This document shows, one piece after another, positions 50,501 to 64,000 of a stretch of 64,000 nucleotides of DNA. Below the pieces are notes generated by a model. The model was given only the letters and a program-made list of their open reading frames with translations, ran no database searches and was not told the DNA's origin. The stretch is from Azolla caroliniana. Its lineage: Eukaryota > Plantae > Polypodiophyta. Where the stretch lies: positions 12,400,001-12,464,000 of the forward strand of contig JBHGNT010000022.1 of assembly GCA_043228905.1 (NCBI GenBank). The letters run 5' to 3'. Position 1 is the first letter of the stretch. Every line of letters starts with the position of its first letter. Made by a program: the position numbers and the translations under genes.

Positions 50501-53500
50501 GTTCATATTTTTTGTACTTGACGTACCATATTCATGTCAGATTACTCAAGAAGTACTAGTGGAGGTGTAAAATCCTCCAAGAAATATGTTTCGGGCTTTC
50601 TATGCAAATTCTCAACAGGACACTATTTGTTTTCATTGCTTTAGGAAATTTGAAGAACGCCTTATAATTATGTTCGTTATAGATTACCTTAATATATATT
50701 AAGTATCTGAGGTTTTGTGCTGGCGTTGTGTGATGTTTCAGCACCAATATTTTAAAGTGTTTAAATTGCAGAACGCCTTTTTGCCCACTATGCATTGCAT
50801 CACACATTTGTTACTTATTCCAGCTTTTATGGGTCATGTATGCAGTGATGGTTTCTGCAAAATTTGCAGAGTAAACCAGGTATTCCAATGCTAATTTCTG
50901 TCCTGTTTTTGTCAATGAACATTTATGCTTTGATTTGTCTTGAAGTTATGCAACCATTATTCTTTCTCTGATATAAACCAGTGATTGTGATTCCAGCCTT
51001 TAAGGACTAAACACTGCAATGACTGCAATAAATGTGTACTGAAGTATGATCATCACTGTCAATGGCTTGGCACATGTATAGGGTATATGAATCATCGTAT
51101 GTTCTGGTACACAATCTTAACTTTGCCCAATGCTTCGTTTGTTTTCTTTACTAAGAGGAACAAATGTTTGAAGAACAACGTATTTTAAAATCCATTTAGA
51201 GGATCCACATCTTGTTTCTTTTGAATTCAGCAAGTTGCATGTGCTGCTGTGGTTGTGCTGTTAATAGTTAGAAATTAGAATTATCAAGTCCTGCTTTTTT
51301 ACGAGGTTATTCAATCTGTATATTTTGAACTACAATGCGGTTATGTGCTCCATGATATTGTTTTTGCAGGTGGTACATCTTTTTGGATACACTACTATGC
51401 ATTTGGACATTTATTCTGTTCTCAACTGCCTTCAGTGATGGAAATGGCACTTATGCATTGTAGGTCATTGAGGTTCGATACCTTTATAATCTTCTGTGTC
51501 TAGTGTTGATTTTCACCTGTTGATTTATTGTTTTGGATATGTACAGGATACAGAATGCAATTGTCGTGATATTGCTCATATTTCTTCTTCTTTCCATATT
51601 CTTCCTGATGGCCCTTAGTCTTTTCCATAGGTTTGTAGCTTGTGCATAAGGAAAATCTTTATATTAGTGTAGTTAATTCTCATTTGACTGCACTTTGGCA
51701 TCGTTTCTAAAAAATAGATAATAATATTTGGCTAGATGCTAGAATTGTAATCCTATTCAGATGCGAGTTGCAGGGTTTCAACCCTTCAAAGTTTTCTATG
51801 GTTCACAAAAGGGAGAAGAAAGAGAGACATGTAAAAATCCAGAATGGTCGATGACTCTGTACAGTGGAAGTGTTATTTGATTCATGAACAGAAAAATAAT
51901 GTATAACCTACTAAGCTGCTATTCTGCAAAAGATGTCCCTTTTATGTGTTGTCACAATTGAGGTAGAGAGGCCACTGAAACTAGTTTGCGAACTAGCTTT
52001 TTATATTGGGCCCTGAGCTATAATTCATGTTGTAGATCCGTAGTGGGGTTCCTATATGATAAAGCTGAACCTGTAGTGGTTAATCTGGTTAGAGTTGTAT
52101 GAGCTGAACTTTGTAATCTTAGTAATCTGCAGCCATTAAAGCTGCTGATAGATAGAGAACCACTTATGTGGGGTAGTTTATTTTTTATGTCGGGGTGAGC
52201 TTGCAGTTTATGATCCATTTGGTTTTGGGTAGCTGCCGATCAGCCACATCATCATATTTCTTATTAACCTGATTCCTGATGCCACTCCTGACGCTGTAGT
52301 AGTGGGTGTGGCTAGAGATGTTTGTACCGAACTCTGAATCTTTGAGGCCAGGACCTCCAGTTATGCATAAGACAGGTTTTATTGAAATATGCAGATCCAC
52401 CACATTTACATGGTCACAGCTAGAGTCTGATACTTGAAATCAAATAAATGCAGCATCTGCAGGTCCAAGAAATCAGGATACCACACGCACTTCAAATTGC
52501 GCCGATTACACTTTCACAAGGAATAGAGATGCCAACAGATAATGTTTCAAATAACTTGAGGTCCTGGCCTCAAAGTCTCAGAGTTCGGTACAAACATCTC
52601 TGTCCACACCCATTACTACAGATTCAGGAATGGCACCGACAATTGGAAGTGGACCCACTCGCAGGCTGAGGGCATGACTACCAGTGCCCTTTGAAACCAC
52701 CCTTGGTGAACCAAAAATATACAGGATGGGAGTTCAAGATGACGAACATTTTGGATTCCTACGAGCTTCTGGACATTCCTACAGCCAATCTGGAGTAAGT
52801 AGAAACTCTGGATTTAAAGAACACAATGGTTAATCCCTACCAATCTGGTTGAGTGCTAACACCACGTATGCAATTTTTGATGGGGATTAACTATTTTGGG
52901 GTAATCAACTTTTGTGGTGACATTTATTTAGCATATGTCCACATTGTGGATTCCTACGAGCGTCTGGACATTCCTACAACCAATCTGGAGTATGTAGAAA
53001 CTCTGGATTTAAAGAACACAATGGTTAATCCCTACTAACCTGGTTGAATGCTAACATCACGCATGCAATTTTTGATGGGGATTAACTATTTTGGGGTAAT
53101 CAACTTCTGTGATGACATTTATTTAGCATATGTCCAAAGTAGCAGAGTTCTGGATAATTCTGCAGATGTTGTATGCAATGCAAAACAAGGTTATGGTTAA
53201 AACTTGGTGGATGCAGTGAAAGACCTGTTCAGGTGGAGAGTGCAGACAAATATTAGCCAGGTGTATCTTGTATTGGTGCAACAGAAGTTCAAACTTACCT
53301 TATCATCTTATTGGTTGTGAGGGCTGGACTTCGTTATAAACTAAGTGACTAGCAGGTCACTGTATGTCTTCAGGCAGAAACCTTGAGCATATATATTGGC
53401 TGTTCTATATCCGTTTGAGACATAGCAAGAATTTAAAGATTTACTGAGTGAAAACGGAAAGACTAATGCATGGATCGGAAAGAGGAAATTTGTGACCAAG

Positions 53501-54263
53501 AAAACAATATCCAAAGACACTCGTAGCAAAAACAATATTTTTAAATAATGCATTTGTTTGTGAGAAATGTATTGGAAATATGTTGACCGTAGTCAGGGAG
53601 AACAATATGTTCAGAACAAGTAAATAATATCCAGAGATACTTGTAACCAGAAACTCTACTATAAACAGAGAAATGGAACGAAGCTGCAGGCAACCAGAAA
53701 ACCATCAAATGTAGGACCAGTAACTTACAGCAACTATTTAGGTCATATAGGTCAATGTCAGAATTGGATATGCATGTCGACTATGACTTATTAGTCAGAT
53801 GGTAAGGAGTGTGTATTATGCTTTCTCAAAAATATTGCTGGAGCTTGTCTCTCTTTAGATAAGACAACCAATGCTTTATTTTCCTTGTAGATGTAAACTC
53901 GTTATTGATTTTATATGCAGCTACCTGATTTTGACTAATCAAACTACCTATGAACTACTTCGTAGAGAAAGGATCAACTATATGAGGTTTTCGCTTCTTT
54001 GTCTCTTTCTCTGTTGTTTGTCTGTAACCACTTGTGTGCTTGATATTTTTTGAAGTATATGAAGACTAACAATTTTGAATGTTACGTACAGGGATGTACC
54101 CTTCAATGTAAAGCCTTTTAGCAAGGGTTGTATGAGGAACATATTTAATTTTTGTTGCAACTCAAGAACATACTATCATGTAGAGGAGATGCCAGATAAT
54201 GCTTTTCTACAGGCCAGTGCATCAAGCTCATGCTGTCAAACTTTGTGCTTTAATTGCTGTTGA
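47461..54263 (+). CDS. PAT10: DHHC protein S-acyltransferase, PAT10-like. Supported exons 48004-48118, 48194-48268, 48377-48436, 50333-50387, ~50846-50879, 50997-51106, 51370-51459, 51547-51630, 53921-53986, 54092-54263; the first exon/start and a linker exon are uncertain
   Basis: LHLIYVAALFAFN...PW|YTLAYLVL...QYWFTAGSNPG, the DHHC-CRD CKICRVNQ|PLRTKHCNDCNKCVLKYDHHCQWLGTCIGYMNHRMFW|WYI, HS|YLILTNQTTYELLRR, PFSKG and a Cys-rich tail. This parallels Arabidopsis PAT10 as recalled. Confidence 0.85.
49250..49700 (-). pseudogene. Decayed Ty3/gypsy reverse transcriptase fragment in a PAT10 intron
   Basis: LAKIDL...QQIRI.EDIPKTT...YEFLIMPFSLTKA...MNDTF...LNDIIIYS, with the YxDD site degenerate. Confidence 0.8.
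52280..52635. ncRNA. Long inverted repeat / candidate hairpin RNA (arms 52280-52364 and 52551-52635)
   Basis: The 85-nt arms are complementary at 76/85 positions with no indels and a 24-bp perfectly paired core. The inverted repeat is certain; expression as an ncRNA is not shown. Confidence 0.45.
52690..53300 (+). mobile_element. Probable copia gag relic with an internal ~187-bp tandem duplication
   Basis: YTGWEFKMTNILDSYELLDI resembles a copia gag N-terminus. GGATTCCTACGAGC...TTTAGCATATGTCCA occurs twice (from about 52762 and 52948). Confidence 0.45.
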
Positions 54264-55252
54264 GATTAGAGACGATGTATAATATCTGTGGGCTGTATTG
54301 AAATTCGTATTTTCTTCTCATCATCAAAATTCATTGCAAGTGATCTTGATTCTTTTTTGTCAGAAATATCATTAGACTAAATTGTCAACCATGTAATATC
54401 TATTCAGTTGTTTTCAGCTGGTATCTATCTTATTATCTGGTTTAATGAAAGACGTGTGTGTGTTTTTAGTATAATCATAATTGCGATTATAAAGCATAAA
54501 GAAGTGCGTGTGCTTTTAGTATAATCAGCAATTATGATTATAAATTTATTTCGCCTAGCATTATCTTTTAGCATATTCAGCAATTATGATAATAAAGCAT
54601 GAAGGTCCAGTGATACCTAAGCACTTTTTCCTTGACAGTTTGACAACCGCATGAGTGAACCAGTTCTTGGGAAAAATAAATGCCATCTTTAATGAGCAAT
54701 AGATTCATGATCACTGCCAACCAAATCCAGAGCATCTTAACATTACGTGGAATAAAAAGTGGCAATCTATGCAAATGACCTAATACGTGTGTTTTGAGCA
54801 TTGTTATCTTGCTTTTCAATGGCCCTGGCATTCCTTTCTACGTTTTGATGGAGGAAATCATGTCAACAATGGAACTAAACTGGCAGGCTCACACATTGTA
54901 TATAAATTTACTTATCATTGGTTGTTCAATAAATTTGACAAAACCTCACCAATAGTGAGTGCTTCTTTGTATCCTCACTACCTCAGAGAATGATTACAAG
55001 TAGAAAATTTCATTTAATCTTATTATAATCCCCAAAATCATAAAAAACCGAAAATTGCATGCATTGTCATGTGGATCTTTTGGAAGGAACTCAAAAGAAA
55101 CAAGGAGAAAGGTGTTGTCTTACCCTTTCGAAAGAATGGTTAATTGATTCTAAACCAATGCAATATTTAAGGGATTAGAGGGGTCAACAATTAGTTTATC
55201 ACATGACAAGAATATTAAATATTTACCTACATACTTTGCCATAACATTCATT

Positions 55253-56184
55253 AAAGATCAATAGCACTAAATTTGCTATGAGAATCAATTGAACAATTCT
55301 TAATCAAAATTGCATTACTATAGCTAAATTTCTGTCTTACCTGTACAATACATATTCATCTTTATCCTTGCCTTCTGTTGCAATCTAGTGAAATTCCAAG
55401 TGTCTTAACAGGTGATCTTGAATGATGGTTTCTCTCAGTCGTAACAAGTTATGCAAAGATCAATAGCACTAAATTTGCTATGAGAATCAATTGAACAATT
55501 CTTAATCAAAATTGCATTACTATAGCTAAATTTCTGTCTTACCTGTACAATACTTATTCATCTTTATCCTTGCCTTATGTTGCAATCTAGTGAAATTCCA
55601 AGTGTCTTAACGGGTGATCTTGAATGATGGTTTCTCTCAGTCATAACAAGTTATGCAAAACATTTTGTCTTACCTGTACAATACATATTCATCTTTATCA
55701 TTGCCTTAGATGTTGCAACCTAGTGAAATTCCAAGTGTCTTAACAGTTGATCTTGAATGATGGTTTCTCTCAGTCATAACAAGTTATGCAAAACATACAT
55801 ATTGGGTTACCATGACTTAAATTATTAGAGGTTAACTTTTAACCTTGCTTCACTATTGTATTAGTGTAAAACATCATTAATAATCCAGTCAACTCAAACC
55901 AATTTGTCCATGCATAGAAGAAATGGACATGCAGCAATAGAATATAAGATGATTTCAAACATTTAAATTTTATCAAGTAAGGTGAGAATTATAACCAACA
56001 ATAAACAAACTTTTAACCTTGCTTCAGTATTGTATTAGTGTAAAACATCATTAATAATCCAGTCAACTCAAACCAATTTGTCCATGCATAGAAGAAATGG
56101 ACATACAGCAATAGAATATAAGATGATTTCAAACATTTCAATTTTATCAAGTAAGGCGAGAATTATAACCAACAATAAACAAAC
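55253..56184. repeat. Two adjacent tandem duplications: ~202 bp x2 plus a partial third copy (55253-55796), and ~174 bp x2 (55834-56184)
   Basis: Near-identical direct copies between the convergent 3' ends of PAT10 and the dioxygenase. Confidence 0.92.
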
Positions 56185-56210
56185 ATTTACATAAAGTTGC
56201 GCAATAGTAA

Positions 56211-59200
56211 TTAAAGTTCTACTTTGTAGTATTTTGACAAGGTTTCTTCTGAGAAGTCACCAGCACTGACATATCGGACGCTTCCATCCTAAAAGAAGAC
56301 AGCATTTAGTTCTTTCAAAAAGCCAACAATGGTTTTCCATTGACACTGGCAAAATAGATAATACCTTCTCCTCGGAATCACTTTGGACACATCTTATTTT
56401 TAATGGATGATCCCTAGTGCACATAACACGTGAGAAATCAAAAGTGTTTATTTAAAAGGGTATTCTGGTAAATATCTAGACCGGGGTGTTTTGAGTACTT
56501 ATTTGGATTGTTGTTTATTACCATTGTGGTTGCATGAAAACTGCAAAGGTATTTCGTGCTACACCATATGTGTGATCGCCCACTGGTGTCTGGATAATGT
56601 AGTCGAAACAATGAAATAAATACATATAACATTATCTTGATAAAAACAATGTGATGATACATACCCTCACGCAATGTGGAGTTGCATGCAAGAGTCCTTC
56701 AGTAAGATATTCTGTTGTTTCACCCATTTGGTATGCTATCTGATCTTCTTGAAAATTAGCCTTCAATAGATAAAAAGAAAAGCCACACCAACATTGTATC
56801 TCAATAAAAGAAGGAAACGCTAACAAAATAGCCTTCCACTTTCAAGAAATTTCTTAAACACCCCAATATTTTTAAATTTTTTAAATTCCTAAAATACCCA
56901 CTTCTTTCTAAACTAAGGCTTATTAAGCTCACCTTCTAGGCCTGTAACTCCGGCATTATTTCACAAGAGTACATCATTATATACACACATAACTCAAAAT
57001 TAGAAAAACAAAGTAAAGTCACATTCACAACATTTTGGATAGCAAACCTCACAAATAAATCGATTAAAAATAACATTATAATGAAGGTCACTATATAACA
57101 AATCTATTACCTTCACTATCTCCCCATTTCGAGTCTTCACATATAAGCCAGCATTTCCATCAGGACAGACTACTTGCACTCCATCCTTCACATACATTGC
57201 ACATGTAAGACCTAGAAGACGAAAGAACAAATTATTAGGAGTGTCTAATTACAATTTGTTGCTTGGAAGATACAAATATTTATACAGAAAAGCTGACTAC
57301 ATTTAACCAGGACTACTATAATAAAAAGGAAAAACTCCCAAATACCCCCTAATTTTCCATTATTTCGTCAGATACCCCTAATTTCCCAAATGCCATCTTC
57401 AGAAATTATATCTCCTATTTGAGCAACTAAATGGTCTATCCATACCCCCTTATTATCTCTTTCGGGGGTTGTCCTGGGGCATTTGAAGAAATAAGGAATA
57501 CTTAGGGGGCTTTTGTTCCATGAGATATAGTGCAGAAAAATAAGAGTGAAGGCGAGACAGCAGAAACGATGAATAAATAACCTGTTAAAGAACCATGATC
57601 CAAGTGCCATCCACACCAGGATGATACAGATTCCGAACTACCTTGACTTAAATTGCTGAATACATGGAATATCCAATATCATTCAGATTAAACAAAGATT
57701 CCAATATACTTAAAATGACAATTAACAAATCAATCTCTGTGTCTCTGACGAAATCAAAACACAGAAACTCGCAATGTATTTTCCATTATCAATGAACCAA
57801 ATTTTTTGTGTTTCTGTTGGGGTTCAGAGTTCTGCTGCCTATCCAAGATAGATGCATTAAAATCTCATCTACATATGCTAGGTAGGCACCACACATTTTT
57901 GACAAATGGAGACAAGATGCACTCGACAAATAAGTCTATCAAGTTACTAAGTATACTCCATATCTATGCAATGTATGCAACCCCAATATTGTATTATCAT
58001 ACTAAAATGCGTGGGAAATCTCATATATTATGTAGCAAGCTCCTGATTGGTTCTAGACTATCAGATATCTAGCTATGGTGATACTCTAGTTTATTAAAAT
58101 CTATCTTCCTGGTAACTATTTTGTCAGCATCTTTAACAAAGAGAGATTGTTTTTCGGAGGTCTATGGCACCAAGATCCCAAGAAAGATTCCCTGCCATCC
58201 TCAACAATGTACATCTCACTCTCCAAATCCTTCCTTTACCTCAAGGTTCGGGAAACGGTGGATATTGTTTCTCAATCGTAACCTGATAAGTGTTTGGACA
58301 TTGTTTTCAGTAAGCAAAGAGAGGACTTTGAAGTTGTGAATGCAAAGTTCTGACTCTAGATTACCTGCCTTCACAAAGTTATTACACCAAACTTAGAAGG
58401 ATGAATGTCATTGAGGTGGAATAACACAAAGAAGAGGCAAAATGTTTTGGAGAGACTGTCAGAGAGATGCGGTATGCATTTCATGCCAATCATTTTAACT
58501 TCTATAGCAGATCTTCATTCCTGCATTTAATTCTATTCGCGAGTGAGGAAGCAGCTCCATGATACAATAGAAACTAGATACAAAGTCAATCGCATAAGCT
58601 CAATAAGAGCATACTTTCAACATTAGAAGATCAATCATTTTCTACAGTTTGTCGCAATGTACACTGGCTATCAGTAAAGTCGAGATGCCTTTAACTATCT
58701 CAATAGTTTATACCTAGTACTACAACTTACAATTATGAGGTGTAAAAACAATCCCAAGGACAACCCTTCTAATAACTTGAGCATTCTCGTTAAAAGATTC
58801 ATGCAAATACAATCATTTACAATGACCCATTGTTGAACAATGCAGTATTAAACAGCACTACAACTACCTAAAAGAACAAAATGGCCTTAAAGCTGAATTA
58901 AATTTTCATAATCAATATGTTTTTACATCTTACCTACATGGAGGTGCAAAGTAATGAAGAAGACGGCCTTTTGGACAGAGTGACTTCCTTAATATTTCTT
59001 CCAAGGAGACACTTTCCCCACCACCATTTTTTGAATTAACTGCAAAGATAGATTATGAGTATTCCCTTTCTCTAGGAAACACAATGGCTGTATTATTGTC
59101 AAAGATCATATGCAGTTCATAGGTCTCATTTAGTATGCATAGTTGTATACAGGTAAAACGAGACAAAAAGCTCTGAAGTAGTGTTATAATGTGTACGTAC

Positions 59201-62200
59201 AAGGAAACATTGAGACAATTCAACTGGTTTATTTTACTATAAAAGAAATGATACCTCAGACCTGTTCATGTGGGAAAATATTGAAGCATATTAGACCATG
59301 CAGAAAATCTATGCTTGAATTATTGCATTTTGATCAATTCAAAGTGCCAAAAATCCATAAAAAATATCTCTCAGATATCATTGCCCATACAATGTTCCAC
59401 TGTTGTGTCATGTTTGGCACATGGAATGAGCAACATGGAATTGAGTAAAAAAGTGAATATGAGATCTACAGCTAGAATATCCTGTTAAGAACATACAGGT
59501 TACAGAGTCAAAACCATCTTGAGCAGAAAAGGTCACTTTTCAGAAATATGAAGAAATGCTCCTTTTTGACATTTCATCGTTAGCATCCAAGGACAAATAG
59601 TCTAACAAATTATCTATAGCATATATATATAGACAAATAGTCTACAGTAGCTGAAAGATCATCCATACATAGACTATATAGCAAAGGGTAATTGGTTAAA
59701 AAATCCTATTATTAATATAAAGATCAAAGTTTCAAAAGCTTCTTGAGCCAAAAGTGGTCAATTTTGCAAAAAATGCTAATTTAACATCAAGATCCCACTA
59801 TTTGAAGATTGCGTACAAAGACCAATGATCTTGCTATGTTATATAATATATCTACTATAGCTGATAACTTTTGAAAAGACTCCCCAATTTCATTTCGTAA
59901 TTATCAAAGGTCTACTTGGGAAGTCTCATGAAATAATAATAAGTTAATTGTTGGAGATAGCATTACCAAGAAAACAAAGTTTTCCAAGACTTACAGCCTA
60001 AAGGGGGAGGAATCACATATCAATTGCTTGCAATCAAATAGCTTTAATTTGCATAAGAACACAATTAATTTATTTAAGCAAACGAAAAACGAAAATTAGG
60101 AAATGAGTCATACCATATTTATCACAATGGTAAGCTAAAGTCAATCCAACATCTATGATCAATTTCCCTAGCTCCTTGAAAGCTGATGGACATCCAACAT
60201 CTATGATTAATTTTTCTGCCTCCTTGAAAGCTCTAATAAATGAAACACACGCACCTTGCTCAAGTTCTGGAATATCTTTGGTTGGCCATAAGTTTGGGCG
60301 ACAATATGAAGGGTACCTGGAGTTAAATTAAAATGGAATATAACAGCATGAAAAACTCTAGACAGTACAGTTTCTCCTAGAACTATGCACATTAGCATCT
60401 GACTTCAGTTCATCAGTGTTTTACCTTTGTATTAACAGTTGATCTGAGGTAGGCCTGTCTACCAAAGGATTGGCATAAAAGGATCCTTTTAAGACATCTG
60501 AAATGTACAATGCAAGCAGAATTCATCCGCAACATATCATTGAACACATGATGAATGAGAAATAAAATATAACACTAACAAAGGAAATATCCTGCTGCAA
60601 ATATCATGCGCACATTCTTTTTAACAAGAAAACAACATGTTCATGTTTGATGAGCACAAATGCATCCATCATATTATAAAACTCTGCATCCATAATCTTT
60701 TGAGGATGAGGAGATGAGATGCCATAGCTCCGACAACCAAGCTCGAACACACACACATTTATATATATTCAATAATCAAATAAATAATTTATTTATTACA
60801 TATTCACCCATGCACCTCATTTTTATACTTTTATTAATTATTAGTTATTTTTTAAATTGCTATCTTTAATTCAATCATTCTTATAATTATTTTTATTTTT
60901 AAATTTATTGACAGCCAGGCTGTTTTTAAATCAGTGTGGGATCTTGCATTTGTTCACAATGTTTCCTTCTCCTACACCAGCACGGCTTATTGTTATTTTT
61001 AAATTTATTGACAGGTGGGCTGTTTTTAGATCAGTTTGGGAACTTGGATTTGTTCACGATGTTTCTTTATCCTAACACTTGCACAAATGGTTCCTTCAGC
61101 TCCCATCTTAATCTTTCCTTCAGCTCCCAAATGGTCGAAAGACTATATGGTTCACCAATAGAGGCATTTTCTTTTACTGTTGTTAATGCAGATGGTCTAG
61201 TTTTGTTTTCAGATCCTATGGATGCAAAGCAAACACTTACCAGATTCCTATGCATTTAGTGGGTTTGCAGTCAGCATAACAACTCAACCTAGTGAATCAT
61301 CAGAACTATAGGTGGAATAAATGTGTTGAGCATCGCCTTGGGAATTCCTAAACAACTGCTAGAAACTAAAAATATTTATCTCTGGTACATGAGTTTAAAG
61401 AAGCTCCACTTTATGTAGTGGAAGAGTGTGAGGGTTGCATTTTACTTTTATCATTGAATGGGAGGGGGGGGGGGGAATACAGAAATGGTTTGTATGCCAC
61501 CACTTGCGATAAAAAACATGTTGTTGCTTCCAACAAAGGACAAAGACCAATTGAGGTGATTGCTCAACCAATGGTATCAGGTAAGAAATTCTTATTTATT
61601 AACAGCTCTTTTAAATCAGCAAGAAATTATAATACGTACTGCACATGTTTTCCCAATTTCCAAGTTCTGTATGACAAAGCTTAATTGATTTACTAATACC
61701 TGACTCCATGGTGATATAGCCTATTTATGTCTCCGCCATAATGGATTCCCACACAATGTCTAATATGGAACAAGGAAAAGAAAATTTATTTCTCCTTGTT
61801 CCAGAATTCCACTCTTTAGGAGCTACTTGTTAGATATAATCAATGATCAACCCCAACTTGTCAATTTATCCCCACATGTACTCTTAGAGTGCACATTTTG
61901 TGATAGCGCCCCAAATGAGGAGTAGCTATAGTGCAACCCAACAAATTGGGTCGAGAAGGTGCAATGTAGGAAACCGTAAATGAGGACAGAATGTATTAAG
62001 GAAAGAGGGAAGTAGGGTAATAGGATTGACTAGTCAAGTCGACTAGAAGAATATCCCGTGGGCAAGTTACGATGTACTAGTCTTGAAGTATGAGCCATTG
62101 ACTTTAAGATAAGTACTATCTAGCACTAGCTTGTATCTAGGGAGCTGGGTCATATTAAATGGCAAGTCAGTTGACAGAAAAGGAATACCTGCACAACTAT

Positions 62201-63666
62201 TAAATGACCAGCACATTTAACATGACACAGAGACCAAAGAGAGGATATAATCCACTCTCTCTATCTCTTACACAATGGCTGTGACTATTATCTGTCCCCA
62301 CTAATTTTGTGGTCGCCTGGTCTAGATCCCATCTAAGCTCTAAGGTGTGAGCGCATGGGTGGACTACCATTCTGAGCTACTCTCATATGTAACTCTATAT
62401 GCCTATCTAATCGATTCTCAATATTTCTAACCCTATTTTGGTACAATAATCAATGTGGCCGGAAGTCAAGTATAGTCTTATGGATGTTTGACTCACAAAG
62501 CAACTTCTAACAAATTTAACAATCTTCAACCCTAAGAAATAAACATCATCTACCTGGACGACCTGATTCCAAAATCTCCTTCCCATGGCTCCAACCAAAA
62601 GAGTACCTATAATGAGAGAACAAACAAAAACAGAAAAGAGTGTCAAAACTCGAACGAAAATTATTGAGCAAAAAAATGGAATCAGCTAAAAGACAATCAG
62701 AGATACACATTACCCAGTGAATAAACATGTGTGCAGGGTGTGTGTGTGTAAACATAGATGTTTTTATCCGTGACACAAACCCATAATCTAAAGGTTATAA
62801 AACCTATACCTATACTTTCGCCATAATTTGAGCCAGAAAATCCAATATCATTTTGGTCTACAGCACAAATAAACCAAAGTGGCATCACCAAGGAGTTCTA
62901 AGAATATTGTTTTCACTTTTAGAGACAATTACTTCGCATTAGTTGAAGAAAACTGGTCATGAAAGTCAATCTAGAATATAGGTCCTTTTTTCCACAGTCT
63001 TCTTAGCCATAGTAATTATGGTTTGCAACCACATATAAGAGTATTCATGGTCTCCTATACCATGATATGATGTTTGGGAAGTAAAAATTGTTGAAAATAC
63101 TTGGAGGTCATTTGCACCATTCAAGCAAGTTGAGGACTAGTTTTTGGGTTGCTGTATTTACAATTCTACATGCTTCCAACATATTATGTGGGTCAATGAA
63201 TCCTTTTGCAAGCTTCTTTGACATAACCATGAAGATGCATCCCAATCTATAAAGGGAGAATTGCTCTCATGTGAAGCGTCATCAATAGAATTTTATTGTG
63301 AGCAGTAGAGAAAAAAAGAATTGCATGAAAAAGTGATGGTTATCTTACTCAAAAAATATGCTATAAGACATCTTATTAATAAAAGCTTGGGGTAATTGAT
63401 TGTCAGAAAAAAGTTATGCAAATTCATACCTGCTGCGTGGGTCTTCAAGTGTTTTCTTAACATCATCAGGAAGAGCTGCAAGGCTTGCATAAATTGAACA
63501 ACCCTCAAAAACTTCTTTTAAAAAAAAGATATATTTCTTACACTTTATAAAAAACAAATATAGGAATTTGCTAGGGTCAATCACATCTTTTAATCCATTC
63601 TTTTGCTGATGTATACCTTTCAGCTAACAGCAGCAGTCTCTGCCTCAGTTCTTTATAGGAAGGAAC
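56211..63666 (-). CDS. 2-oxoglutarate/Fe(II)-dependent dioxygenase (At3g63290/At4g13400-like), 5' end outside the window. Exons 63666-63617, 63483-63430, 62606-62554, 60497-60425, 60316-60255, 60182-60114, 59039-58934, 57655-57582, 57211-57111, 56760-56665, 56589-56522, 56413-56365, 56288-56211
   Basis: The spliced protein includes YSFGWSHGKE, KGSFYANP, NLWP...PELE, KGRLLHYF, WCGWHLDHGSLTGLT (HxD), GLYVKTR, IAYQMGE...LHATPHCVR (distal His) and RNTFAVFMQP. All introns are GT-AG and in phase. Confidence 0.9.
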
Positions 63667-64000
63667 CTATGAATAACATTAACATCAATATTACTAAACC
63701 CCTGAATTGAGAGATCAAATTGTTTTTCATTTGTTTTTACTTGTTATAAATAAGAAAAAAAGTAAAACCTCACTTGCCCTTAAACATATACTTTGTCCTT
63801 CATCCCAATTCACAATGGTTTTCTTTAAAACTAAAGAGATTGGTCTGTAAAGTTTCTTGTTACCCTAGGGAAGGTGTACACATATCTGCTCACCTTTCGC
63901 CCCTTTGAAACTATATGCTCTTTTTTAATATCATATATAAAAGCCATTTGGTTTGCATTATATGCTTAATTTAGTTTGATTTGCACAAATGGCATTATGG

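Overview
Land-plant nuclear DNA. It is AT-rich with GT-AG introns, and the gene and transposon types suggest a non-seed plant such as a fern (inference). Six protein-coding genes can be assembled by hand: (1) the 5' part of a Y-family polymerase eta whose motifs look fungal Rad30-like rather than angiosperm POLH-like (minus, runs off the left edge); (2) SUD1/DOA10 RING-CH E3 ligase; (3) an HpcH/HpaI aldolase; (4) cytosolic ClpB1/HSP101; (5) a PAT10-like DHHC S-acyltransferase; (6) the 3' part of a 2OG-Fe(II) dioxygenase (minus, runs off the right edge). A 13-kb nested retrotransposon complex spans 13462-26455. In it, a decayed Ty1/copia carries in its 5' LTR a heat-shock-element solo LTR and a GC-rich Ty3/gypsy, and the gypsy 3' LTR carries another solo LTR. 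The gypsy has a tRNA-Trp primer site, a 4-bp TSD and a candidate -1 frameshift pseudoknot. The window also holds three hAT MITEs with 8-bp TSDs, a SINE-like family, chromovirus relics and many short tandem duplications. Most notable are a tandemly amplified array of at least 12 perfect heat-shock elements upstream of HSP101, the Rad30-type polymerase, an 85-bp miRNA-like hairpin in a PAT10 intron, and a 138-bp x5 array plus a (CTTT)7 frame switch at the PAT10 5' end. All exon and repeat coordinates were read by eye; no searches were run.
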